A DNA stretch of 61,406 nucleotides, the filler included. It is 4 parts of 4 records of this genome, joined end to end, with 100 filler letters (N's around TTAATTAATTAA, not from the genome) between each part and the next. Parts side by side here need not be neighbours in the genome. Positions count along the whole stretch, not along the records: positions 29,102 to 55,910 come from SRR31156797_8747; 3 more parts are not named here. One strand, written 5' to 3'. Positions 40,674 through 51,391 of the stretch are shown here, piece by piece (the first letter of the stretch is position 1; each line of letters starts with the position of its first letter). The notes beneath the pieces were generated by a model. That model made no database searches and was not told the origin of the DNA. It saw nothing but the letters and a program-made list of their open reading frames with translations. Made by a program: the position numbers and the translations under genes.

Positions 40674-41825
40674 ATGGTAAACAATGAACAACGTCCCATG
40701 CTCCGCTTTCTTGTTGTACTGACTATATGTTCAGTGGTGGGACTGCAGACGTGGATGGTTCTGTTTAACAACTTTGCAGTGGAAGTGGCTGCCCTTGATG
40801 GAAAACAGGTAGGTGCCATCCAGTCGGTACGTGAAATTCCTGGTTTTCTTGCCCTGCTGGCAATCTATGTCATGCTTATTTTCCAGGAACATAAAATTGC
40901 GGCCCTCTCTATCATCCTCCTTGGAGTAGGAACTGCTGCAACCGGGTTTTTCCCTGACTTTTTTGGTTTGCTAGCCACAACCCTGCTGATGAGCTTTGGC
41001 TACCATTATTATGAGACCATGAATCAGTCTCTGGTGCTCCAATATTTCAACAGGTCTACCTCACCGCTGATACTCGGCCGATTGCGCAGTCTTTCTGCAG
41101 CTGCAGCCATCCTCACCAGTGTCCTTATACTTGGTCTCGGAAAACTATTTGATTACCGATGGATATATCTCATGTTCGGTTCCGCAGTTACTGTTGTTGG
41201 TCTGTGGGCATTGTTCCAAAACCCAACCCACACCAACGTGGTGCCGCAGCATAAAAAAATGATATTTCGTCGTCGTTACGCCCTTTACTATTTCCTCACC
41301 TTTATGGCGGGTGCTCGCAGACAGATCTTTATTGCTTTTTCGATCTTTCTGCTGGTAAAAATTTTTTCTTTTTCTGTACAAGAAGTGATCTTACTGTTCA
41401 TCGTGAACAACATCATCAATTACTTCTTCAATCCCCTGTTAGGAAAGGCTATCGTCCGCTATGGTGAGCGTAAAATACTCACAATCGAATACGCTGGACT
41501 AATCCTTGTCTTTCTTACCTATGGTTTTACCGAGTCAAAGCTGATCGTAATGTGTATGTATATATTAGATCATATTTTGTTTAACTGCTCTATGGCTATC
41601 AGGACCTATTTCCAAAAAATTGGAGACCCCAAGGATATTGCTCCCAGCATGGCTGTCGGTTTTACCATTAACCATATCGCAGCTGTTGTTATACCAGTAC
41701 TCGGCGGCCTCATCTGGATGGTTGACTATCGAATTCCTTTTGTCATCGGTGCCATGATGAGCGGAATTTCGTTGATCGCAGTCCAGAAGATTGAGCTACC
41801 CGTCCAAACATCACCAAATAAATAG
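40674..41825 (+). CDS. MFS transporter
   Basis: QSVREIPGFLAL and TINHIAAV motifs; multiple TM segments. Confidence 0.85.
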   Translation: MVNNEQRPMLRFLVVLTICSVVGLQTWMVLFNNFAVEVAALDGKQVGAIQSVREIPGFLALLAIYVMLIFQEHKIAALSIILLGVGTAATGFFPDFFGLLATTLLMSFGYHYYETMNQSLVLQYFNRSTSPLILGRLRSLSAAAAILTSVLILGLGKLFDYRWIYLMFGSAVTVVGLWALFQNPTHTNVVPQHKKMIFRRRYALYYFLTFMAGARRQIFIAFSIFLLVKIFSFSVQEVILLFIVNNIINYFFNPLLGKAIVRYGERKILTIEYAGLILVFLTYGFTESKLIVMCMYILDHILFNCSMAIRTYFQKIGDPKDIAPSMAVGFTINHIAAVVIPVLGGLIWMVDYRIPFVIGAMMSGISLIAVQKIELPVQTSPNK

Positions 41826-41843
41826 CACAAACAGACCCTTACT

Positions 41844-42494
41844 ATGCAACCCCAACATACTCATACGAACGCCCAGGTTACTGCTCAACCAATAATAACA
41901 TCGCGAATGTCCAGGGAAGAAATTAATGCCTTGCCCATTAAGAAATGGCAGGGGCCAACCCACCTCATCTCATCTACAGAGCAAATGAAGCAGGTCATAC
42001 CTCTCCTTGAGAAAACTCCTCTCCTCGGTTTTGATACCGAGACCCGACCAGCCTTTCGCAAAGGACAGCAGTATCTTCCCGCTTTACTCCAGCTTGCCGC
42101 GGAAAAGGATGTGTTTATCTTTCAACTCAAGCAAACCGGCCTGCCGAACGCGATCACCGCATTGTTAAGCAACAGGAAGATTGCCAAGGTTGGGGTTGCA
42201 ATAACTGATGATGTTCAGGGGCTGCAAAAACTCACCCCATTTTCCCCTGCAGGATTTATCGAGCTGGCAAAACTTGGGAAAGATTTAAGTATACAGCATT
42301 TTGGATTGAGAGGCCTCGCAGCGGCCGCCATGGGTATCCGTATTGCAAAATCAAAAAAAATCACGACCAGTAACTGGGCTAAAAAAGATCTCTCGCCAGG
42401 ACAACTTCAATATGCGGCGACAGATGCATGGATAGGAAGAGAGATTTACCTGCGGTTGAACAACGAAAAAAATTATAGCGCGAGCGTTTCATAA
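41844..42494 (+). CDS. DnaQ-like 3'-5' exonuclease (WRN-type)
   Basis: GFDTET, LLQLA, KVGV...DD, SNW and YAATDAW motifs. Confidence 0.88.
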   Translation: MQPQHTHTNAQVTAQPIITSRMSREEINALPIKKWQGPTHLISSTEQMKQVIPLLEKTPLLGFDTETRPAFRKGQQYLPALLQLAAEKDVFIFQLKQTGLPNAITALLSNRKIAKVGVAITDDVQGLQKLTPFSPAGFIELAKLGKDLSIQHFGLRGLAAAAMGIRIAKSKKITTSNWAKKDLSPGQLQYAATDAWIGREIYLRLNNEKNYSASVS

Positions 42495-42597
42495 CACCTA
42501 CTCAGCCATGGATCTCCTGTGAAAAGGGGTTGCCTCAAGACCAACAGGATTTACTATACAAGAATACGCATTCTAAAAAATAACAGGGAGACATTGT

Positions 42598-42918
42598 ATG
42601 GCAACCCAAAAAGCTAACAGTCACTACCAAAACTTAATCAAAAATTTTCCTGAAGTTATGGCAGCAGTGGAAAACCTTGGGGCTACCGTACGTGCTGCAG
42701 GGCCGTTGGACAAAAAGACCTCAGAACTCATCCAGTTAGGGGTTGCGGCAGCAGCCCAATCAACGGGAGCAGTACATTCCCATGCCCGCCGCGCTCTTGC
42801 AGCAGGCGCATCGGTTGAAGAAGTACAGCATACCCTGATTTTACTTATATCCACCATAGGCTTCCCAAAAGTGGCTGCTGCTCTGGCCTGGATTCAGGAT
42901 ACTGTTGCTGACAAATAA
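42598..42918 (+). CDS. Carboxymuconolactone decarboxylase/AhpD-like protein
   Basis: GPLDKKTSELIQL..AVHSHARRAL..GAS.EE..IGFP. Confidence 0.85.
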   Translation: MATQKANSHYQNLIKNFPEVMAAVENLGATVRAAGPLDKKTSELIQLGVAAAAQSTGAVHSHARRALAAGASVEEVQHTLILLISTIGFPKVAAALAWIQDTVADK

Positions 42919-42980
42919 TCCCTGTTTTCACATGTTGTATACGTTAAGAGCCCTGCTCATGCTCTCTTTGTGCCCATCGC

Positions 42981-43988
42981 TTACCAGCTATTCCCTGGTA
43001 TGCTTACCGGCTCCTGCATACGTTCAAGCTGATCTTCAAGATCAGCTATCTCCTGCTGCCAGTATGCAGGGGAACCAAAATCCGGTACCACCAGGGAATG
43101 GCCGTCTTCTTTAACCTGATAGGCACACCATGCCGTATAATGGACAAAGCGCATTGCACGGAGAGGCTCCATCAAGGCCAGGCTTCTGTTATCAAAACTG
43201 CGGAAAGTTTCGTATCCTTCAAGAAAAAGATCTATCTCAACAAAGGCCGACTCCAAAGTTCCGGGGAGCAGCATCCAGAAATCCTGCACCGGCGGCCCGG
43301 TGGCGATATCGTCTAAGTCAATCAGGTAAAAAGATTCACCTGGCCGATAGATAAGGTTGCCGGAATGGCAGTCGCCATGGATGCGGACCATATCTATATT
43401 TTCAAACAGGGGAACAGCCTCCCGGATAAACTTGCGCACAACGGCCTCATACGCAGCAGCAAAATCCTCAGGCAGGAGGCCGCTTTCGAGAATGAAGCGA
43501 AGATGCGTCAATGTACTTTGATCCGGCCTGATGATCGGTCGATGGCCGAATGATTCGGATGCACCAACCATATGGGTCCTCCCCAGCAACCGCCCGAGCT
43601 CAATCCACTGCTCATCATTGAGTTCGTCAACATAACGCCCTCCTTTTTTGGGAAAAAGGGTGAAATAAATACCCTCGTAGCAGCCAAGCGTATCACCCTG
43701 TTGCAGCGGAAGAGGTGCAATGACCGGGATCTCTGCCTTTGCCAATTGATGAACAAATTGATGCTCCTCCAATAAAGCGTCTTTGCTCCACCGGCCGGGC
43801 CGGAAAAACTTAATGATAATCCCATTGCCATCTTCATCTTCCAGCTCATACACCCGGTTTATATAACTGTTCAACGGACGACACAAATTGGAAAGATATA
43901 TACCAAGCGCTTTTTCGGCTAAGTTAAGAATGGTGTCAGGGGTAAGCGCTGAAAAAACTCCGCTATTAGAAATTTCTGTCATATTCAT
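42981..43988 (-). CDS. srkA: Stress response Ser/Thr kinase SrkA/RdoA family
   Basis: LNSYINRVY, KFFRPGRWS, RIHGDCHSGN, IDLDD and GPPVQDFWMLL motifs. Confidence 0.85.
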   Translation of the reverse strand: MNMTEISNSGVFSALTPDTILNLAEKALGIYLSNLCRPLNSYINRVYELEDEDGNGIIIKFFRPGRWSKDALLEEHQFVHQLAKAEIPVIAPLPLQQGDTLGCYEGIYFTLFPKKGGRYVDELNDEQWIELGRLLGRTHMVGASESFGHRPIIRPDQSTLTHLRFILESGLLPEDFAAAYEAVVRKFIREAVPLFENIDMVRIHGDCHSGNLIYRPGESFYLIDLDDIATGPPVQDFWMLLPGTLESAFVEIDLFLEGYETFRSFDNRSLALMEPLRAMRFVHYTAWCAYQVKEDGHSLVVPDFGSPAYWQQEIADLEDQLERMQEPVSIPGNSW

Positions 43989-44461
43989 TTACAAATATCA
44001 CCTTTTAGATACTTAGTATACTGACCTATGCTCCTGACCCAATTCATATTTATTGGCTGGAAGCACACAAGTATGTTATTATCAAGTCGTAATTATTACT
44101 ACCTACTTTTTCATCCTACTTTGTGCCACCTCAAGATTTTCCTCATTTATTGGGAGATGGCAGCTGAACAATCGAAACAAGGACTGCAGTTATTTTTTGA
44201 TTCCCACTCATAGAGCAAAAGAATGCGCATTCGCCACAACCGCATACAATCAGCTTTCTCAGTTCTATCTTATCTCTTACAGCTTTTATGGCTGATTTCC
44301 TTGTCCTTCGCTTACACGATTTCCTATAGTTCTTCTATTTTCTTACGTCATTCTGCCTTGTTTAGCTATCACAATACACAAGCCTGGTATGTAAACGGAT
44401 TCCAGGGCAAACTCTTCACACCATACACATTTATGTTATTTCATTACCAAGGAGGTAAAAC

Positions 44462-45085
44462 ATGAAGAAATGGGAATGCACAATTTGCGGGTACATCCAC
44501 GAAGGTGAAAATCCCCCGGATGAATGTCCGGTATGCGCAGCAGACAGCAGTATGTTTGTTGAAGTAACAGAACAAGAAGTACCAGAAGAGCCCGACCAAG
44601 TCACAGCAGAAAAAGAGCAGACAGCTCCTGAAACACTTCTAGAAAAAGTAACTGCGCTGATTCTCCAGTTTCACCTCCATCCGATTACGGTCCACACCCC
44701 CAATGGAATAATCCCCTTTGCCTTCATTCTGCTCATTCTGTCTCCAGTTTTTGGCATCATTTCATTTGAGACAGCGGCCTTTTACAGCCTCGTTTTTGTA
44801 CTCCTTAACATGCCCCCTGTACTCTACACAGGCTACATCACCTGGCAAAATAAATACAAAGGGGCACTGACCTCGATCTTCAAGCTTAAAATTGGTGCTT
44901 CTATCGCTGCCACCTCTTTGCTTACCCTGCTCGTTATCTGGCGACTGGTTCAGCCAGAGGTCATGTCCACCCCTTCTTCTGGAAGGATCATCTTTATCCT
45001 GCTTGCTTTTTTGCTTTTGGCAGCAGTGGGTATAGCGGGTCACATGGGCGGCAAACTTGTTTTTGGTACGAACAAAAATAGTTAG
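44462..45085 (+). CDS. Rubredoxin-like domain fused to a DUF2231-like membrane domain
   Basis: WECTICGY..CPVC; HPITVHTP and GHMGGKLVF with four TM helices. Confidence 0.8.
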   Translation: MKKWECTICGYIHEGENPPDECPVCAADSSMFVEVTEQEVPEEPDQVTAEKEQTAPETLLEKVTALILQFHLHPITVHTPNGIIPFAFILLILSPVFGIISFETAAFYSLVFVLLNMPPVLYTGYITWQNKYKGALTSIFKLKIGASIAATSLLTLLVIWRLVQPEVMSTPSSGRIIFILLAFLLLAAVGIAGHMGGKLVFGTNKNS

Positions 45086-45170
45086 CCAGTATTAATAATC
45101 AATACTAAATGATTTTTATTCCCAAAACTTCTTGCAAACTTTTCCGGGATACGTTATTCATCTTCGTAAT

Positions 45171-45190
45171 TAATTGATAAGCAATATCAA
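45171..45190. promoter_or_regulatory. Fur/PerR-box-like palindrome
   Basis: TAATTGATAAGCAATATCAA (TTGATA-N5-TATCAA), 40 nt upstream of the rubrerythrin start. Confidence 0.55.
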
Positions 45191-45230
45191 CTTATGAATA
45201 CTCATATCCATAATTTTAAAGGAGCAAACA

Positions 45231-45728
45231 ATGGCTACAACAAATGACAATCTGAAAGAAGCTTTTGCCGGTGAAAGTCAGGCCAATCAGAAATATCGGG
45301 CTTTTGCCAAAAAGGCAGAAAAAGAAGGCTTTGTTAACATTGCAAAACTGTTCCGCACTACTGCAGAAGCAGAGCGGATTCATGCAGAGGGCCACTTAAA
45401 GGCGCTTGAAGGAATCGCCTCCACAGCTGAAAACCTGCAGGAAGCCATTGACGGAGAAACCTTTGAGTTCGAAAAGATGTATCCTCCGATGGTTGACCAG
45501 GCTGTCGCCGACGGCCACAAGGCCAAGACTATGTTTAAATTTGCAGTGGATGCAGAAGAAGTACATGCCCAGATTTACGAAAAAGCACTTGAAGCTGTGA
45601 AAAATGGGGTCGACATGGACGTTTCTGAATTTTATCTGTGCGCTGTTTGCGGTTATATCGAGCTTGGCACAGCCCCTGAAAAATGTCCTGTTTGCGGTGC
45701 AAAACAGCAGGTCTTTGCTCAGGTATAG
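45231..45728 (+). CDS. rbr: Rubrerythrin
   Basis: AFAGESQA, EAERIHA, GETFE and EEVH diiron ligands; C-terminal CAVCG..CPVCG. Confidence 0.92.
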   Translation: MATTNDNLKEAFAGESQANQKYRAFAKKAEKEGFVNIAKLFRTTAEAERIHAEGHLKALEGIASTAENLQEAIDGETFEFEKMYPPMVDQAVADGHKAKTMFKFAVDAEEVHAQIYEKALEAVKNGVDMDVSEFYLCAVCGYIELGTAPEKCPVCGAKQQVFAQV

Positions 45729-46016
45729 TATAACAACTCCCTGTGCCGACAGCTTATCTTTAGACAAAAGTTGCCGGCACAGCCCCTCTTATATCAAGTC
45801 GCTGTAACCGCACGTTTTACCCTTCCCTTTTTGCACTTTTCAACACATATCATACAGCCTCGATATGTAACGGTTAGCAATGCTCCAAATCCGTACAAGC
45901 AGGCCTGAGTAACTTAAGTAACGCTATGTTTTGCTTCTCTCTCCTTGCCGAGGAACCATTCAGGCGTTACCTTTGTAAGGTACAGGGTAACCTATAACTA
46001 TTGGGAGAAAAGCAGC

Positions 46017-46412
46017 ATGCTAAAAAAACTATTAGTGCTCACTATCATGGTATTAATGCCTTTAGCCACAGTTTGGGCCACTTCAGAGGTGCCTAAAATG
46101 GAGGCAGAAGAACTGCAGGCAATGCTTGGTTCACCCGGTCTGGTCGTTCTTGATGCTCGCGCTAGCGGAGCCTGGGAAAAAAGTACAGAAAAAATCCAGG
46201 GAGCCATTCGTGCGGCATCTGATGACTATCAACAGTGGAAAGGACAATACTCTCAAAAGGCAACCATTGTCCTCTACTGCAGCTGACCAAGTGAAGCGAC
46301 AAGTGCCAGGTTGGCACAAAAGATGATCGACAATAACTACTCTAAGGTCTTTGCTCTGAAAGGCGGCTGGAATACATGGAAGGAAAAAGGATTTCCCGTC
46401 GAAGCGAAGTGA
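46017..46412 (+). CDS. Exported rhodanese-like selenoprotein (131 aa, Sec at codon 90)
   Basis: In-frame TGA at 46284-46286 in IVLYCS-U-PSEATSARLAQ. The frame continues to the rhodanese C-terminal motif ALKGGWNTWKEKGFPVE. GGGAG RBS and signal peptide. Confidence 0.88.
46303..46317 (+). promoter_or_regulatory. Bacterial SECIS-like hairpin
   Basis: GTGCCA-GGT-TGGCAC; the loop starts with G after a 22-nt spacer from the UGA. Confidence 0.78.
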
Positions 46413-46542
46413 AGTAACCTCGTCTCACTCAACACTGCAGGCACAGCATGTCAGGCACCACCTAGGCCTGTGACTGCTGTGTCAGCTTGGTGAAGCCGCC
46501 CCCTGTAACGTTGACAGAAGCGGCACCACCACCTTTTTACTC

Positions 46543-46764
46543 TCAATCAGACATGGGACCGATTTCTGTCTGCAGCCTTCCTTTTGGAACGGCCCCCTTT
46601 GGCTCTCCGCTGCAGCTACTGCAGGTACCTCCTCCCCCGGAATGACATGTTCCACCCAGCTCCTGTTGCCTCCTGGTCTTTTTTTTTCGACTGAACATAA
46701 TCAACCAGGCAAATCCCACAAAGCCAATAAAAGTAATGCTAAAAATCAGGAGAAATTCACCCAT
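46543..46764 (-). CDS. Small single-TM Cys-cluster protein, NqrM-like
   Basis: N-terminal TM helix then GGTCHSGGGGTCSSC; last gene of the nqr operon. Confidence 0.6.
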   Translation of the reverse strand: MGEFLLIFSITFIGFVGFAWLIMFSRKKKTRRQQELGGTCHSGGGGTCSSCSGEPKGAVPKGRLQTEIGPMSD

Positions 46765-46769
46765 GGATT

Positions 46770-47993
46770 CTAGCCGCCAAAGTCGTCAAAATGGATATTA
46801 CTTGGTTCTACCCCAAGATTATCAAGCATTTCCAATACAGCGGAAATCATCATAGGCGGACCGCACAGATAATATTGCACGTCCTCAGGAGCGGGATGTG
46901 TTCCGAGATAAGAGTCATACAGCACTTGATGAATAAACCCAACCTTACCTGTCCACTCATCTTCCGGCTGCGGCTCAGACAATGCCACATGAAAATCAAA
47001 ATTAGGGTATTCTTCTGCCAGTTGCTCAAACTCATCATCATAAAAGACTTCTTGGCTGCTGCGCCCCCCATACCAATAAGCAACCTTTCGTTTGGTTCCC
47101 CTTCCTTTAAACAGCTCAAAAATATGGCTTCGCAGAGGAGCCATCCCTGCACCACCACCGATATAAAGCATCTCCGCATCACTTTCTTCGATAAAAAAAT
47201 CGCCAAAAGGACCGGCAATGGTCACACTATCGCCTTCTTTTAAATTAAAGATATAGGATGAAGCCTGCCCAGGGGGAATGCCAAGCGGACCACGCGGCGG
47301 AGGACTGGCAATGCGAACATTGAGTTTAATGATTCCCTTTTCCCCTGGATAGTTGGCCATGGAGTAGGCCCGGGTAACAGATGTATGGACATGGGACTGA
47401 TACTGAAACATCTTAAACTTGGTCCAATCACCAAGGAATTTTTCATCAATATCAAAACTCTGATAATTCAACGCATGGGACGGCACCTCAATCTGAATAT
47501 ATCCCCCAGCCTTAAAGTGTACTTCTTCCCCTGGCGGCAGATCCAGCACCAGTTCTTTGATAAACGTTGCAACGTTCCTGTTTGAGCGCACCGTACACTG
47601 CCATTTCCTGGTTTCAAGCATCTCTGCCGGAACTTTTATCTTTAAGTCTCGCTTCACCGGCACCTGGCAGGAAAGACGATAACCAGCCTTTGCTTCATAG
47701 GACTTTATTGCAGAAAGTTCGGTTGGTAATATTGCCCCGCCACCATCTTCAACTACGCAGCGGCACTGACCGCAGCTGCCGCCGCCTCCACATGCTGAGG
47801 AAAGAAAAATATTATTCTCAGCTAAAGTGGTCAGGAGCTTACCTCCTGGCTGCACCTCTAATTCCTTTTCATCATTAATCAGGATCGATATTTCCCCACC
47901 GGGCAACAATACCTTTTTAGCAGCAACAATCAGGGTGACTAGAACAAACTGAATAATCACAAAACAGAGCACCCCAAAAATTATTTCATTCAT
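46770..47993 (-). CDS. nqrF: Na+-translocating NADH:quinone reductase subunit F
   Basis: [40 protein letters not shown] and FDDFGG motifs. Confidence 0.95.
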   Translation of the reverse strand: MNEIIFGVLCFVIIQFVLVTLIVAAKKVLLPGGEISILINDEKELEVQPGGKLLTTLAENNIFLSSACGGGGSCGQCRCVVEDGGGAILPTELSAIKSYEAKAGYRLSCQVPVKRDLKIKVPAEMLETRKWQCTVRSNRNVATFIKELVLDLPPGEEVHFKAGGYIQIEVPSHALNYQSFDIDEKFLGDWTKFKMFQYQSHVHTSVTRAYSMANYPGEKGIIKLNVRIASPPPRGPLGIPPGQASSYIFNLKEGDSVTIAGPFGDFFIEESDAEMLYIGGGAGMAPLRSHIFELFKGRGTKRKVAYWYGGRSSQEVFYDDEFEQLAEEYPNFDFHVALSEPQPEDEWTGKVGFIHQVLYDSYLGTHPAPEDVQYYLCGPPMMISAVLEMLDNLGVEPSNIHFDDFGG

Positions 47994-48062
47994 AGCACTG
48001 TCTCCAGAAAAATAGAGGTCGAACGTGCGGAACAACTTCGATTAAGGATTCCATGTCCATCA

Positions 48063-48665
48063 TTAGAACCCGGCAAGCCCCATAAAGGCGAGAGCAATCA
48101 ATCCGGCACTGATAAAGGTCACTCCCAAACCGCGTAAACCTGCTGGAGGATCTGCATATTCAAGTTTTTCCCTGATACCTGCCAAAAGGACCACAGCCAG
48201 GAAAAAACCACCTCCAGCACCAAATCCATACGCAACACTCTCGCCAAAGGCCAGATCACGCTCAACCATGAACAGAGTACCGCCAAGAATGGCACAGTTC
48301 ACAGTCAACAACGGCAAAAAGATACCCAAGGTGTTGTAGAGAGCGGGAATAAAGCGATCAAGCACCATCTCCAAGATCTGGACAATGGCAGCAATGATTC
48401 CGATGTAGGTCAGCAGGCCGAGAAAGGTCAAATCAATGTTCGGTTGCCCGGCCCAGGCCAGAGCTCCGCCCTTCAGTATTTTATTTAACAGCAGGTTGTT
48501 AACAGGGACGGTGATAAGCATCAATACCAGTACCGCTGCCCCCAGCCCGACCGCGCTTTTCACTTTCTTGGAAATCGCCAAGAAAGTACACATGCCAAGA
48601 AAAAAGCTCAGCGGCAGGTTTTCAATAAAAAGCGATCGAAAAATGATATCAAAATAGTGCGCCAT
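48063..48665 (-). CDS. nqrE: Na+-NQR subunit E
   Basis: [10 protein letters not shown] and [13 protein letters not shown] motifs. Confidence 0.95.
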   Translation of the reverse strand: MAHYFDIIFRSLFIENLPLSFFLGMCTFLAISKKVKSAVGLGAAVLVLMLITVPVNNLLLNKILKGGALAWAGQPNIDLTFLGLLTYIGIIAAIVQILEMVLDRFIPALYNTLGIFLPLLTVNCAILGGTLFMVERDLAFGESVAYGFGAGGGFFLAVVLLAGIREKLEYADPPAGLRGLGVTFISAGLIALAFMGLAGF

Positions 48666-49288
48666 TACGCTTTCTCCTGCTGAACGGGATCAATAGTACG
48701 CAGAAACCAGATAAGGATGGCAATCAGAAAAAAGGCACTCACTGGCAGTAATAAGAATCCGTTTCGCTCGTACCAGCCACCGTTGGTTGTCAGCTGGAAT
48801 ATTTCAAACCCGAAAAGACTCCCAGAACCAAACAACTCCCGGATAAAAGCAACAAACATGAGCACAAATCCGTAGCCAAGCCCGTTACCGATGCCATCAA
48901 GAAAACTGTTAATCGGCGGATTGCTCATGGCAAAGCCTTCAGCCCTTCCCATGACGATACAGTTGGTTATAATCAGACCGACATAGATCGAAAGCTGCTT
49001 GGAGAGATCAAAATAAAAAGCCTTGAGGAATTGATCCACCAGGATTACCAAGGTGGCGATCACGGTTATCTGGATGCCAATCCGAACCGAGTTGGGGATC
49101 TGATACCGGACAATGGAAATAGTCAAACTGGAAAAAGCGACCACCAGGGTCACACAGATAAACATCACAAAAGCAGTGGTCATCTGGGATGTGACAGCCA
49201 AGGCTGAACATATCCCTAAGACAAGCAGCGCTATGGGATTGCGTTCAATGATCGAACGTAGGAGTAAATCTCTTTTCCGATCATCCAT
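48665..49288 (-). CDS. nqrD: Na+-NQR subunit D
   Basis: [10 protein letters not shown] and [14 protein letters not shown] motifs. Confidence 0.95.
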   Translation of the reverse strand: MDDRKRDLLLRSIIERNPIALLVLGICSALAVTSQMTTAFVMFICVTLVVAFSSLTISIVRYQIPNSVRIGIQITVIATLVILVDQFLKAFYFDLSKQLSIYVGLIITNCIVMGRAEGFAMSNPPINSFLDGIGNGLGYGFVLMFVAFIRELFGSGSLFGFEIFQLTTNGGWYERNGFLLLPVSAFFLIAILIWFLRTIDPVQQEKA

Positions 49289-50069
49289 TGAAACCTCCCT
49301 CTTTCTTCATTCGTTCAAGAAACGGTTTAAAGCCATGGTCTCCGAACCAAAATTGCATGAGATCGCTCACCCCATTTGCGGTCATGGTAGCGCCAGACAG
49401 ACCGTCAATTTCAAAGGCTGCCTGCTCACCGCTTTTATCAACGCTGCCCTTTACCACTTGAAGACGAACTGACTGATCCTGATCATAGACTTTTTTCCCC
49501 TGCCAGCCTTTTTGCCAGGTTTCATTTTCCACTTCGCCGCCCAGCCCAGGTGTTTCACCGTGGGAATAAAAACTGATCCCGCGGATGGTGTTTAGATCTG
49601 CATCCAAGGAAACATAGGCAAACATGGTCGACCACAATCCCTTGCCACGAACCGGAAGGATAATCTGCTCTATGGCATTATCATCCCCGGCAATCAGGTA
49701 GACCAACGAATACTTTTCGAGCCGGGAAAGACGGGCAAGATCATCTTCTTTTTCTAGCGATCTGCCAAGTTCATCACTAAAGGCAGCCTTGGTCTGGTTG
49801 AACTGCTGAGGAGAAAGCTGATCCTCGTCAACAAAGCTGCCTGTTGAAAGCTCTACCAGGCGGGTTTGAACGACCTCAAATTGGTCAGCCACTGAAATAT
49901 CCTCTTTTAATATCCCAGCTGCACGTAAAATGTTCTTTTTCTGATCCAGCTGGCGATTGGACTCCTGCAGGGGACGCAGCCCTACAGCAGCCCCCGCAAC
50001 CAGCAAAGAACAGGCAAAGGCCAGCACCAGTACCGAATAAAACGGTTTTAAAGCAGATTCTTCAGCCAT
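49281..50069 (-). CDS. nqrC: Na+-NQR subunit C
   Basis: [16 protein letters not shown] and FMN-attachment motif DGLSGATMT. Confidence 0.95.
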   Translation of the reverse strand: MAEESALKPFYSVLVLAFACSLLVAGAAVGLRPLQESNRQLDQKKNILRAAGILKEDISVADQFEVVQTRLVELSTGSFVDEDQLSPQQFNQTKAAFSDELGRSLEKEDDLARLSRLEKYSLVYLIAGDDNAIEQIILPVRGKGLWSTMFAYVSLDADLNTIRGISFYSHGETPGLGGEVENETWQKGWQGKKVYDQDQSVRLQVVKGSVDKSGEQAAFEIDGLSGATMTANGVSDLMQFWFGDHGFKPFLERMKKEGGFNG

Positions 50070-51270
50070 GACGCATCATCCTTCGTTTAATATTGGCCTG
50101 CACCACAAAATAATCAAGCAGTGGTGCCAGAATATTGCCCAGTAGAATCGCCAACATGACCCCTTCCGGATAGGCGGGGTTAGCCACCCGGATGGCAATT
50201 GCCAGGACGCCGATAAATCCACCATAAATCCACATACCGAGCCGGGTCTGCGAGGCGGAGACAGGGTCAGTGGCCATAAAGGTCAGCCCAAATGCAAAGC
50301 CGCCCATTACCAAATGCCAGTGAGGCGGTATCTCCCGTAACGGATTATCAGCTCCAGGCACTACATAAAAGACGGTAGCCATGAAAAGCCCGCCCAAGAC
50401 CATGGAAAGCATGATCCTCCACGAGGCGACACCAGTAATAAGCAGGAGAGCAACACCAAGCAGACAGGCAAGAGTGGAGGTTTCTCCCATGGAACCGGGA
50501 ATCGATCCAATAAAAGCCTGCCCCCAGCTATAGTCCAAAGTGGCCATGGCTTGTCCAGGCTCACTGCCCGCAACCATACCAATTGGAGTGGCCCCGGTAA
50601 AGCCGTCCACTGCTGTCCAAACCTTATCTCCACTCATCCTGGCTGGATAAGCAAAGAAAATAAAGGCGCGGGAGACCAAAGCCGGATTCATAAAATTGCG
50701 GCCAACCCCTCCAAAAACCTCTTTGGCAAAGATAACCCCGAAGCTGATCCCCAATGCAACCTGCCACAGTGGTACTGTCGGCGGGAGGGTTAGAGGAAAC
50801 AGGAGACTGGTTACCAGAAAGGCCTCAGACATTTCATGGCCGCGAATAATATTAAACAGAACTTCCCAAACACTGCCGACGATGACCGTTACCAGGTAAA
50901 TGGGAAGGAAATACAGTGCCCCATGGAGAAAATTACTCAGCATGCTTGAGGGATTACAACCCACAAGGGCCATGATATCTCCCCGCCAACCTCCAGGCAG
51001 AGATATTCCCACTTGCTGCAAACCACTATTTGCCTGGTAACCAGTATTCCATAATGCCATAATCACGCAAGGAACGAGGGCAAAAATAACGATGATCATG
51101 ATCCGCTTATAGTCGACAGCATCACGAACATGCGGTGCAACCCTGGTTATCCTGCTGCTATGGAACAAAAAAGAATCGGTTGCCTCATAGAGCGGATACC
51201 ATCGCTCCAGGGGGCCACCCTTTTCAAACTGAGGGGCTAATTTTGCAAACTGATCGCTAAGAAAGCTCAT
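50062..51270 (-). CDS. nqrB: Na+-NQR subunit B
   Basis: PHVRDAVD, KEVFGGVGRN, DGFTGATP, GSMGETS and FMATDPVS motifs. Confidence 0.95.
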   Translation of the reverse strand: MSFLSDQFAKLAPQFEKGGPLERWYPLYEATDSFLFHSSRITRVAPHVRDAVDYKRIMIIVIFALVPCVIMALWNTGYQANSGLQQVGISLPGGWRGDIMALVGCNPSSMLSNFLHGALYFLPIYLVTVIVGSVWEVLFNIIRGHEMSEAFLVTSLLFPLTLPPTVPLWQVALGISFGVIFAKEVFGGVGRNFMNPALVSRAFIFFAYPARMSGDKVWTAVDGFTGATPIGMVAGSEPGQAMATLDYSWGQAFIGSIPGSMGETSTLACLLGVALLLITGVASWRIMLSMVLGGLFMATVFYVVPGADNPLREIPPHWHLVMGGFAFGLTFMATDPVSASQTRLGMWIYGGFIGVLAIAIRVANPAYPEGVMLAILLGNILAPLLDYFVVQANIKRRMMRHG

Positions 51271-51391
51271 GTCGTTTTAAGGTGGCTGTAATTACTGATT
51301 GAATCATGCAGCATGGCTGAAATTTCACATGGTGCATGTCTAATGGCGACAAATAAACAGGGATTGCCCCTTGCATCTCTCGCCGCCAGGC

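Noticed and set aside
51305-51338. Hairpin CATGCAGCATG...CATGGTGCATG between nqrA and nqrB
   Set aside because: Single copy with no U-tract or recognisable RNA family; most likely an ordinary mRNA stability or processing stem.
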